The position numbers were made by a program, and so were the translations under genes. A stretch of 59,830 nucleotides of DNA, filler included, from Nitrospinae bacterium RIFCSPLOWO2_12_FULL_45_22 (lineage in GTDB: Bacteria; 2-12-FULL-45-22), in NCBI GenBank assembly GCA_001803565.1. It is 7 parts of 7 records of this genome, joined end to end, with 100 filler letters (N's around TTAATTAATTAA, not from the genome) between each part and the next. Parts side by side here need not be neighbours in the genome. Positions count along the whole stretch, not along the records: positions 38,848 to 53,278 come from MHDQ01000274.1; positions 53,379 to 59,830 come from MHDQ01000279.1; 5 more parts are not named here. One strand, 5' to 3'. The notes beneath the pieces were generated by a model. It did not search any database. It saw nothing but the letters and a program-made list of their open reading frames with translations, and had not been told where the DNA came from. Shown here in pieces: positions 46,596 to 56,745 of the stretch (the stretch's first letter is position 1; each line of letters begins with the position of its first letter).

Positions 46596-47309
46596 TCAGG
46601 AGACTAAAGTGCCAATAGGTTCTCCCATTAATATCCGTTTAATATTGTCCTTCTCCATTAGATTAAAGATAATGATAGGCAATTTATTATCCATACAAAG
46701 GGAAATAGCCGCGGCATCCATTACCTTAAGACCATTCTTTAGAACATCCAGATAGGTGAGGGTATTAAATTTTACTGCATTTTCATCCTTTAGGGGATCA
46801 TTGGTATAAACCCCATCTACCCGCGTGCCCTTCAAAATTACCTCGGCCCCTATCTCCATAGCCCGTAGGGAGGCCGCAGTGTCAGTGCTAAAATAAGGGT
46901 TTCCTGTGCCACCTGCGAATATAACCACCCGCCCTTTCTCTAGATGCCTCATAGCCCGGCGCCGGATATAAGGTTCAGCCAATTCCTTCATTTCGATAGC
47001 GGTTTGGACCCTGGTAATTATACCGACTTTCTCCAGGACATCTTGCAAAGCCAGGCCATTGATTACTGTGGCCAGCATACCCATATAATCCCCGGTAACT
47101 CTTTCGATGCCGAAGTTCTCCGCTACGTTACCCCGGAATATATTACCCCCCCCAATAACTATAGCCGTCTCGGCGCCCATTTCCTGGATTTCTTTTATCT
47201 CCAGGGCAATAATTGTTAATATTTTAGGTTCAATGCCAAACTGAAATTCCCCCTGCAGGGCTTCACCACTAAGTTTGAGCAATATCCTTTTATATTTTAG
47301 TTGATTCAT
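46596..47309 (-). CDS. pyrH: Uridylate kinase
   Basis: [26 protein letters not shown]. Confidence 0.97.
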   Translation of the reverse strand: MNQLKYKRILLKLSGEALQGEFQFGIEPKILTIIALEIKEIQEMGAETAIVIGGGNIFRGNVAENFGIERVTGDYMGMLATVINGLALQDVLEKVGIITRVQTAIEMKELAEPYIRRRAMRHLEKGRVVIFAGGTGNPYFSTDTAASLRAMEIGAEVILKGTRVDGVYTNDPLKDENAVKFNTLTYLDVLKNGLKVMDAAAISLCMDNKLPIIIFNLMEKDNIKRILMGEPIGTLVS

Positions 47310-47312
47310 TGA

Positions 47313-47918
47313 CTAACTTTTACCTTCATCTCCCACTTGAAATCGGGCAAACCTCTTTATGGTAATATTTTCCCCTAATAGCCCGATCTTTTGGGAGATC
47401 ACCTGCTCTATCCGAAGGTCAGGGTCTTTTATAAAAGGCTGTTCTAACAGGCAAACTTCTGAAAAATATTTCTCCATCTTACCTTCAACGATCTTTTCAA
47501 TAACTTTTTCCGGTTTGCCCGCAGCTTGAGCCTCCGCAGCAAATACCTGTCGCTCTTTATCAAGGACCTCCCCGGAAATATCTTCTTGTTTAAGATAAAG
47601 CGGATTTGTAGCAGCAATTTGCATGGATAGGTCCTTAACTAGCTCGATAAATTCTGGGGTCTTAGCCACAAAATCTGTCTCACAATTAACTTCTACTAAT
47701 ACCCCTAATTTGCCACCTGCATGGATATAAGAGCCAATAAGCCCTTCACTGGTGGGGCGACTGCCTTTTCTAAGGGCCTCGGCTAACCCTTTAGCCCTTA
47801 GATTACCAATAGCCTTTTCTAGATCGCCACCAGCTTCAGCCAGGGCATTCTTACAATCCATCATACCTGCCCCAGTTTTATCCCGTAGCTCTTTTACCAT
47901 AGAAGCTGTCACATTCAT
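47313..47918 (-). CDS. tsf: Elongation factor Ts (short form)
   Basis: VKELRDKTGAGMMDCK, EVNCETDFVA. Confidence 0.97.
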   Translation of the reverse strand: MNVTASMVKELRDKTGAGMMDCKNALAEAGGDLEKAIGNLRAKGLAEALRKGSRPTSEGLIGSYIHAGGKLGVLVEVNCETDFVAKTPEFIELVKDLSMQIAATNPLYLKQEDISGEVLDKERQVFAAEAQAAGKPEKVIEKIVEGKMEKYFSEVCLLEQPFIKDPDLRIEQVISQKIGLLGENITIKRFARFQVGDEGKS

Positions 47919-47928
47919 TATTTCCTCC

Positions 47929-48819
47929 TCACACAGATGCCTCCAACTCCGCAACCTCTCCTGTTTCTATGCGCTTTTTACCCGGTCTTTTCTTCTTGCC
48001 TCGGGTCTCATCTGATTCCTCTTTCAGTTTCTCTTCAAACGCTTCCTCTGGAATCTCTACTATGGTCCCTAGCGGAAGGAATTCTGTAACCTCTTCGGGC
48101 AATTTTCCTTCACTTAAAACCGCTATTTGGTCAAGGTAGGCCGTTTTTCCCTCTAAAATAGCATCGGCCATCTTAGAGGTTACTAAACGGATGGCTCTTA
48201 TAGCATCGTCATTACCCGGTATAACGTAATCAATCCCATCGGGATCGCAGTTAGTATCTACTAATGCTACTACAGGTATCTGCATTCTCTTAGCTTCATT
48301 GATAGCAGTCTTTTCCTTCTTAGGATCTATAAGAAAGAGGGCTTTAGGTAGTTTCTCCAGGGTTTTTACTCCACCAAGCGATTTTTCCAGCCTTTGCCTT
48401 TCTTTTTCCAGCTTTAACACCTCTTTTTTGGGTAAGGTCCTTAGCTTATCTTCTTCTCCCATCTTCTCCAGCTTTTTAAGCTTAAGGATACTTTTTCTAA
48501 CGGTCACAAAGTTAGTCAGCATACCGCCCAGCCATCTCTGAGTCACATAAGGCATATTACAGCGGTTAGCTTCTTGAGCGATGGTTTCTTGGGCCTGCTT
48601 CTTTGTCCCTACAAATAGAACTTTTTCTCCTTGAGAAGCCGTTTCCACAAGAAAATTGTATGCCTCATGAAATTTTTCTAAAGTCTTCCTCAAATCAATA
48701 ATATATATGCCATTGCGGGCATTGAAGAGATATTTTTTCATCTTTGGATTCCAGCGCTTGGTCTGGTGTCCAAAATGAAATCCTGCTTCTAGTAATTGCT
48801 TCATGGTAACAATGGTCAA
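47929..48819 (-). CDS. rpsB: 30S ribosomal protein S2
   Basis: [34 protein letters not shown]. Confidence 0.98.
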   Translation of the reverse strand: MTIVTMKQLLEAGFHFGHQTKRWNPKMKKYLFNARNGIYIIDLRKTLEKFHEAYNFLVETASQGEKVLFVGTKKQAQETIAQEANRCNMPYVTQRWLGGMLTNFVTVRKSILKLKKLEKMGEEDKLRTLPKKEVLKLEKERQRLEKSLGGVKTLEKLPKALFLIDPKKEKTAINEAKRMQIPVVALVDTNCDPDGIDYVIPGNDDAIRAIRLVTSKMADAILEGKTAYLDQIAVLSEGKLPEEVTEFLPLGTIVEIPEEAFEEKLKEESDETRGKKKRPGKKRIETGEVAELEASV

Positions 48820-48851
48820 ATTATCTATCCTCCCCCTTTCGTTATCGTTAA

Positions 48852-48986
48852 CTAGTAGAACCTTTCTTAATTAGCATGTCATCTCGACCGAAGGGAGAGA
48901 TATTGGTAACATTCCTTATTCATTAAGATTTCTCGCTTCGCTCGAAATGACAGCATTGCAACGTTATTTAAAAGACGCTCTCCTAG
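48852..48986. mobile_element. Family B MITE-like element carrying the TGTCAT..ATGACA palindrome (48877-48952)
   Basis: CTAG at both ends; imperfect IR; internal module similar to 7010-7085. Confidence 0.6.
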
Positions 48987-49056
48987 GTTCCTACTTTGCC
49001 TTTTCTAAACCTAGCATATCCTGGGTATCAATTCAAGGGTTTTTTCAAGTAAGATT

Positions 49057-50262
49057 TCAAGTAAGATATTGAGAGTTTAATCTGACATACTCTGTGGAGA
49101 GATCGCTAGTCCATATTACGGTCTCAGCCCTACCCAGGTTCAGATCAACCACAACCCTTATCTCCTTCTTTCTGAATATCTCCCTGGCCTTTTCTTCCCA
49201 TGCCCCAAGAACCGCTATTCCTTGTTGAACAAGGTTCAAGTCATCTACCGCGATGCTAATTTTGTTAGGATTAACCCTAGCCTCCGCCTTTCCAATAGCC
49301 ATCATGAATCGCCCCCAATTCGGGTCTTCACCAAAAAAAGCGGTTTTTACCAGTAGGGAATTAGCTAAGCTACGGGCTACTGCCTCAGCATCTCTAGGAG
49401 TGGCTGCCCCAACTACTCTGATCTCTATAAATTTGGTGATGCCTTCACCATCCTGGACAATAAGGTGGGCAAGGGCCAAAGTGACATGGTCTAGGGCCTC
49501 CTGAAAGGCCCGATATGCCTGGTTCTTGGTACAGACTCTCTCATTTCTAGCTAGCCCATTAGCCAGGCAGATAACCATATCATTGGTACTAGTATCACCA
49601 TCTATCGTTATACGGTTGAAGCTCTTGTCTACCGCCTTCTTGAGGGCATATTGTAGCAGGCTTCTCTCAATATTAAAATCAGTGGCCAGGAAGCAGAGCA
49701 TGGTAGCCATATCAGGCTGGATCATTCCCGCACCTTTGGCTATCCCTCCTAAGTGGAAAGTCTGGCCCCTATAGTTCCATTCAACCGCCAGCTCTTTACT
49801 TGTTTTATCGGTAGTAAGGATCGCCTCTGCTGCGGCTCTTCCGCCTTCGGGACTTAAGGCTTTTATTAGCGAGGGGAGGGCGGTTTTGATCTTCTCCAGC
49901 GGTAGTTTTTTACCAATAATGCCGGTAGAGGCCAGCAAGATAGCACGAGGGTCTGCTTGTAGATATTTAGCTGTTAGGGAGGCTAGCTCTTGGGCATGGG
50001 AATAGCCTTCGGGGCCGGTACAGCAATTGGCATTGCCACTATTGACCAGGATAGCCCTGGTTAACTCATACTTTATATGATCGAGGGTAAGTTTAAGGGG
50101 CTCAGCCTGAACCTTATTTCGGCTAAAGAGGCCCGCTGATATTGCTGGTGGGTCTGAAACTATCAATGCCAAGTCCTTTCCCGCTTCTTTTATGCCGCAC
50201 TGAATACCACCCGCCTTTATCCCAGGAACTACTGTAATACCTCCGGTAACTTCTCTGATCAT
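49057..50262 (-). CDS. argJ: Bifunctional ornithine acetyltransferase
   Basis: [36 protein letters not shown]. Confidence 0.96.
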   Translation of the reverse strand: MIREVTGGITVVPGIKAGGIQCGIKEAGKDLALIVSDPPAISAGLFSRNKVQAEPLKLTLDHIKYELTRAILVNSGNANCCTGPEGYSHAQELASLTAKYLQADPRAILLASTGIIGKKLPLEKIKTALPSLIKALSPEGGRAAAEAILTTDKTSKELAVEWNYRGQTFHLGGIAKGAGMIQPDMATMLCFLATDFNIERSLLQYALKKAVDKSFNRITIDGDTSTNDMVICLANGLARNERVCTKNQAYRAFQEALDHVTLALAHLIVQDGEGITKFIEIRVVGAATPRDAEAVARSLANSLLVKTAFFGEDPNWGRFMMAIGKAEARVNPNKISIAVDDLNLVQQGIAVLGAWEEKAREIFRKKEIRVVVDLNLGRAETVIWTSDLSTEYVRLNSQYLT

Positions 50263-50269
50263 TGTGCTG

Positions 50270-51310
50270 TTAAGGGTACATAGTAGGAGTATCTAATCCG
50301 GTCTTTTCGCCAAAATTATACATGATATTCATATTCTGTATGGCCTGACCGGAGGCCCCTTTGACCAGGTTATCTATAACTGATATAATCTTGAGGAGTT
50401 TGTTTCGCTTGTCCCAAAAAAGTGCTATGTCGCAACAATTGGTGCCTACTACCTGCCGGGTATCAGGCAGGCTACCTGGCCCCCGGAGCCGGATAAATGG
50501 TTCATTTTGATAAAAATTTTGGTACCATTCCATGATATTTTGTAGGGGATGTTCTACCTTGGGCTTGACATAGATAGTGTTCAAAATCCCGCGGCTCATG
50601 GGTGCCAGGTGGGGGGTGAAGGAAACCAGCACCTCTTCCCCCGCTAAGCAAGAGAGCTCTTGCTCTATTTCCGGTATATGCCGATGCATAACAGGCTGAT
50701 AAGCCTTTAACGCATCATGGCATTCGCAGAATTGATACTCTAGCTCTACCTTTCTGCCAGCCCCAGAGATGCCAGACTTGGAATCCACCAGGATAAATTT
50801 ACCATCAATCAGCTTTTCTTTTAATAGTGGGGCAAGGGCAAGGATGATCCCAGTGGGGTAACAGCCGGGATTTGCCACTATCTGAGCATCTTTTATTGGG
50901 GGCCGATAAATCTCAGGCAGGCCATATACTGCTTCGGATAAAAGCTCTGGACACGCATGGGTACAATCGTACCACTGGGCAAAGGTTTGGGGATCTTTTA
51001 GCCGGAAATCGGCGCTGAGGTCTATTATCCTGAGCCTATCTTTTCGCAAAAGGGGCACTAATGCCATAGAAGAGAGATGGGGAAGGGCCATAAAAACCAA
51101 TTGGCAATCGGTGGCAATATCTCTTGGTTGAAGCTTTTCGTAGTTTAACTCTATCCAGCCCTCGAGAGAAGGGAAGACCTCAGATATTTTATGCCCGGCA
51201 TACTTTTCCGAGGTAATAGTAGTAATCTCTACCTCTGGATGACGTAACAATAGCCTTATCAATTCCAAGCCCGTATAACCGCTTGCCCCTATAATACCTA
51301 CCTTTAACAA
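50270..51310 (-). CDS. argC: N-acetyl-gamma-glutamyl-phosphate reductase (start approximate)
   Basis: GASGYTG.EL, DLSADFR, ANPGCYPT, DNLVKGASGQA. Confidence 0.96.
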   Translation of the reverse strand: MLKVGIIGASGYTGLELIRLLLRHPEVEITTITSEKYAGHKISEVFPSLEGWIELNYEKLQPRDIATDCQLVFMALPHLSSMALVPLLRKDRLRIIDLSADFRLKDPQTFAQWYDCTHACPELLSEAVYGLPEIYRPPIKDAQIVANPGCYPTGIILALAPLLKEKLIDGKFILVDSKSGISGAGRKVELEYQFCECHDALKAYQPVMHRHIPEIEQELSCLAGEEVLVSFTPHLAPMSRGILNTIYVKPKVEHPLQNIMEWYQNFYQNEPFIRLRGPGSLPDTRQVVGTNCCDIALFWDKRNKLLKIISVIDNLVKGASGQAIQNMNIMYNFGEKTGLDTPTMYP

Positions 51311-51440
51311 TCCCTTTACTATCCTCCCATCTACCCGAGGCTTTATTAGGCCCTGACCCTTTAGACCACCACGTGGCAAAAAATCTCGCATGTTCACCGC
51401 GTACTCGGCGGTGAAATAAAAATTCTATTTTTGGGCCAAA

Positions 51441-51472
51441 TAAAAAAGAAGGTCTAACGACCTTCTTTTTTA
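51441..51472. terminator. Intrinsic (bidirectional-type) terminator downstream of rpsI
   Basis: AAAAAAGAAGGTC-TAAC-GACCTTCTTTTTT hairpin. Confidence 0.75.
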
Positions 51473-51502
51473 TATAAGAGAGTGCCAAAATTTATATAAA
51501 TA

Positions 51503-51895
51503 TTATCTCTTAGAGTATTGGAAGCGAGCCCTAGCCCCACGCTGACCATATTTTTTCCGCTCTTTTATCCTGGAGTCGCGGGTCAGAAAGCCTGCCTTTT
51601 TCAAAATGGCCCTTAATCCCGGATCAGAGAGCAAAAGGGCGCGAGAAATCCCATGTTTTATGGCTCCTGCCTGGCCTGAGTGACCACCACCTTTAGCCGT
51701 GGCTATTACATCAAACTTTTCTGCGGTATTAGTAAGTTCCAATGGCTGCTGGAGGATCATCTTAGAAGTGCCTCTGGAGAAATAATTGTCCATAGGAGTA
51801 TTGTTTATCTTTATATTACCATTGCCTGGACGCAGCCATACTCGCGCAACCGCGGTCTTCCTTTTTCCTGTAGCATAAAAGCCTCTTTCTTCCAT
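51503..51895 (-). CDS. rpsI: 30S ribosomal protein S9
   Basis: [20 protein letters not shown]-terminal QYSKR. Confidence 0.98.
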   Translation of the reverse strand: MEERGFYATGKRKTAVARVWLRPGNGNIKINNTPMDNYFSRGTSKMILQQPLELTNTAEKFDVIATAKGGGHSGQAGAIKHGISRALLLSDPGLRAILKKAGFLTRDSRIKERKKYGQRGARARFQYSKR

Positions 51896-51919
51896 CTATT
51901 CCTCCATATAGTGGTAGAC

Positions 51920-52348
51920 CTATATCGCTAATATCTCTGGCTTTTGGGCATGCTGTTGATGGTTAGAGCCAGCGTAAATCCTTATTTTCTTCAACATGTC
52001 CCTACCCAGCTTATTTTTGGGCAACATTCCCTTTATAGCAAACTGCAATAGCCGCTCTGGATGGGTCTGCATCAATTTTTCCGCAGTTACAGACTTTAGA
52101 CCGCCAGGATAGCCTGAATATCTATAATAAACTTTATCTTTCAATTTCTTACCAGTCAATAATACTTTGCTAGCATTGATAATGATTACATGATCCCCGG
52201 TATCAACATGGGGGGTATAGATAGGGCGATGTTTACCTCGTAATATCTTTGCCACTTCCGAGGCCAATCTGCCTAAAATCTTCCCCTCGGCATCAACTAA
52301 AATCCACTTTCTCTCTACTTCTTCTGTTTTTGCCGAAAAAGTCTTCAT
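51920..52348 (-). CDS. rplM: 50S ribosomal protein L13
   Basis: LGRLAS, RGKH.P.YTPHVD.GD, SGYPGG. Confidence 0.98.
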   Translation of the reverse strand: MKTFSAKTEEVERKWILVDAEGKILGRLASEVAKILRGKHRPIYTPHVDTGDHVIIINASKVLLTGKKLKDKVYYRYSGYPGGLKSVTAEKLMQTHPERLLQFAIKGMLPKNKLGRDMLKKIRIYAGSNHQQHAQKPEILAI

Positions 52349-52490
52349 AATAATTACTGCTCCTCTAAGCTCTTCCTTAGTGCTTCATTTCATAAATACA
52401 GTTACGTATTATGCCTATTTTTAACCTCTCCTGTATTCCTTAGAGCACTAAGTATTCCAAAAATCGGTAAAAGCTATCTCTAGCAAATTG

Positions 52491-52538
52491 GTGACAGTTC
52501 AGGTTCCTTGTCACTTTCGATAGGGGCTGAACTGTTAC
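52491..52538. mobile_element. Family A MITE-like element, minimal 48-bp form
   Basis: GTGACAGTTCAG..CTGAACTGTTAC with 8-bp direct repeat GCAAATTG; the reverse complement matches both ends of 6981-7103. Confidence 0.8.
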
Positions 52539-52647
52539 GCAAATTGATTATATTTTATGGGGAGATATTTTTTTGTCAAGTCAATTAGTCAATTTGGCTA
52601 TTTTGTGAAGTAACATTCCGGGGAAACCCCAGATTTTTATCTGGCCA

Positions 52648-53262
52648 CTATTGGACAAAATTCAAATGGCAGGTATCATTCAAGGTAGAGAGGAGCCAGC
52701 CCCGCTCTCCATACTCAATAATGTTCTTCGCTGCCACATCCTGAGCTAGTTTTCGGAAATGTTTTAACGGAAGATTTATTGCCTTACATAAGATAACCCT
52801 GATAGTAAAGTTATGACTTACTGCCACCACACTGTCCTGGGTATGATGAAGGCAACTAAGCCGGTTGATAACCTCCCAGGCCCTTTCCTGTAATTCTGCT
52901 AACGATTCTCCCTGGGGCATCTTTACGGCATCAGGGTTTTCTATCCATTCCTGCAAAAATTCCCTATGATCATTTAAGAGTTGTAAATAAGTTAGGCCCT
53001 CCAGTTCTCCCTGGTTCATTTCCTTCAGGCTTGGTTCTACTCTCACTTCTAGCCCATGACAATCGGCAATAAGCCTGGCAGTCTCTATAGCCCGCTTCAA
53101 TGGGCTGGAATAGATGGCCTTAAACCCATCCTCTTTTAAGGATTGAGCCAGGGCATGGGCCTGTTTCAGGCCCATCTCATTCAGTTCAATGTCCGTTAGC
53201 CCCTGGCAACGTTGGGCTTTATTCCAGGAGGTTTCTCCATGCCGGATTAAGAAGATTTTCAT
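52648..53262 (-). CDS. Histidine phosphatase (PGM/CobC/PspA-like)
   Basis: LIRHGET.WN, SSPLKRA.ETA, VSH. Confidence 0.9.
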   Translation of the reverse strand: MKIFLIRHGETSWNKAQRCQGLTDIELNEMGLKQAHALAQSLKEDGFKAIYSSPLKRAIETARLIADCHGLEVRVEPSLKEMNQGELEGLTYLQLLNDHREFLQEWIENPDAVKMPQGESLAELQERAWEVINRLSCLHHTQDSVVAVSHNFTIRVILCKAINLPLKHFRKLAQDVAAKNIIEYGERGWLLSTLNDTCHLNFVQ

Positions 53263-53278
53263 CTCTTTTCCCCTCTTT

Positions 53279-53378
53279 NNNNNNNNNNNNNNNNNNNNNN
53301 NNNNNNNNNNNNNNNNNNNNNNTTAATTAATTAANNNNNNNNNNNNNNNNNNNNNNNNNNNNNNNNNNNNNNNNNNNN
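53279..53378. other. Artificial contig linker
   Basis: N44-TTAATTAATTAA-N44. Confidence 0.99.
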
Positions 53379-53536
53379 GTATAATGTTTATGACCTCCTG
53401 GTACAAACTCAATTATTTTGACACTATGATTAGGTCATGGGTTATACCCCATTATTCGTAGAATAATGGGCGTTTTGACAGTTTACCTGGCCTCCTCTAT
53501 TGAGGTATTATTAACCCCTTGGGAAAGGAGGCCGCC

Positions 53537-53800
53537 ATGTCAGCAAAGAATCTTAAACCAGAAGAAAAGCTCCAAATTGTCCTGGAAGGTATCAGAGAGG
53601 GTAATATTGCGGCTCTCTGCCGCCGCCATGCCATTCATCCTTCTGATTACCACCGGTGGAAAGAGCAACTTTTTAAAAAAGCTAAAGAGGTCTTCAACAA
53701 TTCTAAAATCAAGAAAGACCCTGAATTAGAACGAATCCAGAAAGAAAAGGAGAGGTTAGAGCGAACCCTCTTGGACTTAACCTGTGAGCTCCAGCTTTAA
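53537..53800 (+). CDS. Transposase OrfA (HTH)
   Basis: AGGAGG RBS; PEEKLQIVLE..IAALCRRHAI....Y.RWK, then a coiled coil. Confidence 0.85.
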   Translation: MSAKNLKPEEKLQIVLEGIREGNIAALCRRHAIHPSDYHRWKEQLFKKAKEVFNNSKIKKDPELERIQKEKERLERTLLDLTCELQL

Positions 53801-54852
53801 AAAAAAAGAGTGGACTAGGGCTCACTGGAGAGGTAAAGGGTAACCGCTTAACCCCAGAGATAAAGCTTGAGCTGATGGAACTGATAGCTTCTCTTCCCTG
53901 GCCAGGTAACAAGAGTTGCCGGGTATTGAAGTTAAAACGGGGCCGATATTGGCGATGGAAGAATAGATATGATGGGACTCTGTCTTCTTTGGAGGACAGG
54001 GCCCCTATCGCCCAGATTCGTCCCCATGCCCTTTTACCAGAGGAAAGGCAAGAGATCATCTGCTTTGCCTTAGATAACCCTAAAGAAAGACATAGGAAAC
54101 TAAGCTTTCTCATGATTGATCAGGATATCGGCTATTTCAGCCCCTCTACGGCTTACCAGGTCTTAAAGAAGGGGGGGGCCAAACCCTGGGTATCTCTTAA
54201 AAAGCCTATGAGAAGACAAGACATTGAAGTTACAGGCCCTAACCAGGTCTGGTACATAGATATTACCTATCTTAAGGTCAACGGGAGAAATTGGTATCTC
54301 ATACCGGTTCTGGATAAATACTCTCGATTGATAGTGTACTGGGAACTCTGTTGGACGATGACTGCTCATGATGTTAAACGGATAGTAGACTTTGCCCTGG
54401 AAAAGGAAGGGCTTCATCTCCAGGAACAAAAGCCTAAGATCATCAGCGATAATGGTACCCAGATGGTAGCCAAAAGCTTCAAAAAATTCCTTAAAGACCT
54501 GGGGATTAAACATATCCGTATCGCCTATCGCCACCCTGAAAGTCAAGGGCGGATCGAGGTCTTCTTTAAGACCTTAAAATACGAATGCTTCTATCATGGG
54601 GAATACCAAAATGCTCATGAAGCCCATAGGGACATAGAAGCCTTCATTCACTATTATAACTACCAAAGATTACATCAGGGAATAGGTTTTGTTACCCCTT
54701 ATCAAAAACATATTGGCCGGGCTGATGCTATAATTGCAGCTAGAAAGGCCAAACTCGCCCTGGCCAAAGAATTACGGAAAGCCCTCAATAGGGGAGAAAA
54801 GGTTAAAGCGAACCCCATGCCAGAGATGGTCGGTCATAGTGTCTTAATTTAA
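53797..54852 (+). CDS. Transposase OrfB (rve/DDE integrase core)
   Basis: NQVWYIDITY, DKYSR, SDNGTQM, QGRIE.FFKTLK.E, YN..RLH..IG..TP; frame is open from the T3A9 run. Confidence 0.88.
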   Translation, partial: LKKKSGLGLTGEVKGNRLTPEIKLELMELIASLPWPGNKSCRVLKLKRGRYWRWKNRYDGTLSSLEDRAPIAQIRPHALLPEERQEIICFALDNPKERHRKLSFLMIDQDIGYFSPSTAYQVLKKGGAKPWVSLKKPMRRQDIEVTGPNQVWYIDITYLKVNGRNWYLIPVLDKYSRLIVYWELCWTMTAHDVKRIVDFALEKEGLHLQEQKPKIISDNGTQMVAKSFKKFLKDLGIKHIRIAYRHPESQGRIEVFFKTLKYECFYHGEYQNAHEAHRDIEAFIHYYNYQRLHQGIGFVTPYQKHIGRADAIIAARKAKLALAKELRKALNRGEKVKANPMPEMVGHSVLI

Positions 54853-55042
54853 AATTTTGGTTGAAAAGGTCATAAACAATGCAGCTCGTTGTTGTGGCTC
54901 TACAGGAGCAAGGACGTGTTGAAGTGACGAAGAAGTATGCTTGTCGCGAAGAAGTCTCGATCGATCGTTTCAAGTGGTGTATGCTGGTAAATACTCAGCA
55001 ATGAGTTATCGAGTCGCCAGGGAACGGCAAGGAACCCGTGGC

Positions 55043-55108
55043 ACCTAACTCGGCGCTCCACACGGACGCGGCAAAAAGCGCCGCACCGGTGAGCTTGGTG
55101 CGTTAGAT
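55043..55108 (+). mobile_element. Integron attC site 1
   Basis: R'' ACCTAAC .. R' GTTAGAT; L boxes GCTCCAC/GTGAGC with one extrahelical base; 66 bp. Confidence 0.85.
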
Positions 55109-55918
55109 TTTCCTGGAAACTTTTGTTGGCGGCACATAGGGAAGACCAGACAACAAATCCTGTTTTCTGAAATACCGACAATGCTCTGGATGATTCACCA
55201 TTCCTCGCAAGAGAGCCGCAAACGATTTTCGTGGTGCCCGGGGTTGCCCCTCAAGAAGCACCCGTGCTTCCTTGTACGCCTCATACGCAAGAATGTCGGT
55301 AGCTTGCAAGGGGCTGAAATACCTTTTATCGGTAAAACTCAACCCTACCCATCTATAGCGATCCTGACGAGCGGGATCTTTTTTGATTTGATCCGCGAGT
55401 TTTAATAGTTCCCCCTTATGAAGCGCCCCATCCTCAAATATATAACCAATAGGCTCCCGGTGTCCAACCTTATCAGCCCATGCAGCAATCGCCTGAAGGC
55501 ACATGAGAGCACAGAATGCATATGCATTCTGTGGTGCCCCAGGATCACGTTGCCACAATGCTGCTTCCTTGTAGTCCTTAACCCCAACTGCCGCAACGAC
55601 CGGAATTGTTATCCTTCTCTTAATAATTTCAAGGAACTTTTTGAGCCTCTCTATTCGCTCATCTTCTTTCCAATCTTTGAACTGTTTCTGCCGGTTCTCG
55701 TAATCCACCATATGGAAGAAAGAGATACCTGTCTGCTTCAGGGCCTTATCCCATTCTGACTGTAGACGAGCCCACTGCTTATCGGGGGCAAGAAACCCTG
55801 CCACCACAACGACCGGAGAATCCCTATGCACTCCACTCTCATCGAAGTAGGCTCCGAACATGACCAGAATCTTCTCGCACACCTTATGCGGCAAGACAAG
55901 ACTCGTCATCTCGCGCAC
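55103..55918 (-). CDS. DUF3800-like (RNase H-fold) protein in an integron cassette; start uncertain
   Basis: AYFDESG, VVAGF, FHM, LQATDILAYE; bounded by two attC sites. Confidence 0.75.
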   Translation of the reverse strand: MREMTSLVLPHKVCEKILVMFGAYFDESGVHRDSPVVVVAGFLAPDKQWARLQSEWDKALKQTGISFFHMVDYENRQKQFKDWKEDERIERLKKFLEIIKRRITIPVVAAVGVKDYKEAALWQRDPGAPQNAYAFCALMCLQAIAAWADKVGHREPIGYIFEDGALHKGELLKLADQIKKDPARQDRYRWVGLSFTDKRYFSPLQATDILAYEAYKEARVLLEGQPRAPRKSFAALLRGMVNHPEHCRYFRKQDLLSGLPYVPPTKVSRKI

Positions 55919-55945
55919 GGAAACATGCCAACCGAGGGGCAGGAA

Positions 55946-56006
55946 ATCTAACCATCGGCTGGAGACCGACGTTGCTTCGCAGCGCGGCTCAGCCGAGGCG
56001 TTACTG
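55946..56006 (+). mobile_element. Integron attC site 2
   Basis: R'' ATCTAAC, the exact complement of the upstream GTTAGAT; L boxes CGGCTGGAG/CTCAGCCG with one extrahelical base; ends GTTACTG. Confidence 0.85.
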
Positions 56007-56056
56007 CTCTCATTGCTTTAGCTCCCTCATTCTATCAGGGTTTAACCATGTCAGGC

Positions 56057-56731
56057 TCAAAGCCCCAGCTCTTCTCCTACCAGAAAGACAGTGATTTGTG
56101 TAGCCATGGGTCTTTTATGCAGGGTCACAAATATGTTGCAGATACGGGCTGGGGAATTGCAATCCACACAAACCCCGGTCTCTGCACAGGGGGTAGGAAC
56201 AGGTATGCGTTTGGCATCTGTTGGAGCCGCATAATGTCTTACCCTCCTGACTGCCTCATCTAAATCCTCTACGATCTTGTTATATCCAGCTACCACTATG
56301 ACTTGTTGGGGGCCAAAAAACATTGCTCCTACCCGATTACCATTACCATCAATATTGAACAGTTGCCCTTTTTCGGTAACGGCATTAGTCCCACTAAGGA
56401 ATAGATCACAGGAATAAATTTCCCGCATAATAGGCAGCATCTTGGCCATGGCGGTCATCAGGTCTGTCTCCGTTTCCAGAACCTTTGTTGGGTTCAAGAA
56501 GGTAATATCTTCCCGGCGATCGAGTCTTTCGATCAATCCAATTTCCTCCAGGGTCAAAGAACCACCTACACCAACCTTGGAACCGGCTGGTATTAGCTTG
56601 AGGATCTCTTCACAGGCATCCTTTGCTGCTGGGTAATATCTGGCCCCAAAACCATTCTTTTCTAAAGCAGATATTGTCCGTTTAATCCGTTCCCCTAGAT
56701 ACCAATCCTTTAATTCTTTTGATGTTTGCAT
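56057..56731 (-). CDS. LUD-domain (lactate utilisation LutC/YkgG-like) protein
   Basis: GGSLTL, SGTNAVT..G.LFNIDGNGNRV, GYNKIV, PC..TG.C.DC.SP.RIC. Confidence 0.85.
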   Translation of the reverse strand: MQTSKELKDWYLGERIKRTISALEKNGFGARYYPAAKDACEEILKLIPAGSKVGVGGSLTLEEIGLIERLDRREDITFLNPTKVLETETDLMTAMAKMLPIMREIYSCDLFLSGTNAVTEKGQLFNIDGNGNRVGAMFFGPQQVIVVAGYNKIVEDLDEAVRRVRHYAAPTDAKRIPVPTPCAETGVCVDCNSPARICNIFVTLHKRPMATQITVFLVGEELGL

Positions 56732-56745
56732 GATACGCCTCCTCT

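Larger units (their letters stand above)
53385..54878 (+). mobile_element. IS3-family insertion sequence
   Basis: 12-bp TIR TGTTTATGACCT/AGGTCATAAACA with TG..CA ends; orfA HTH plus orfB DDE in the -1 frame. Confidence 0.88.
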
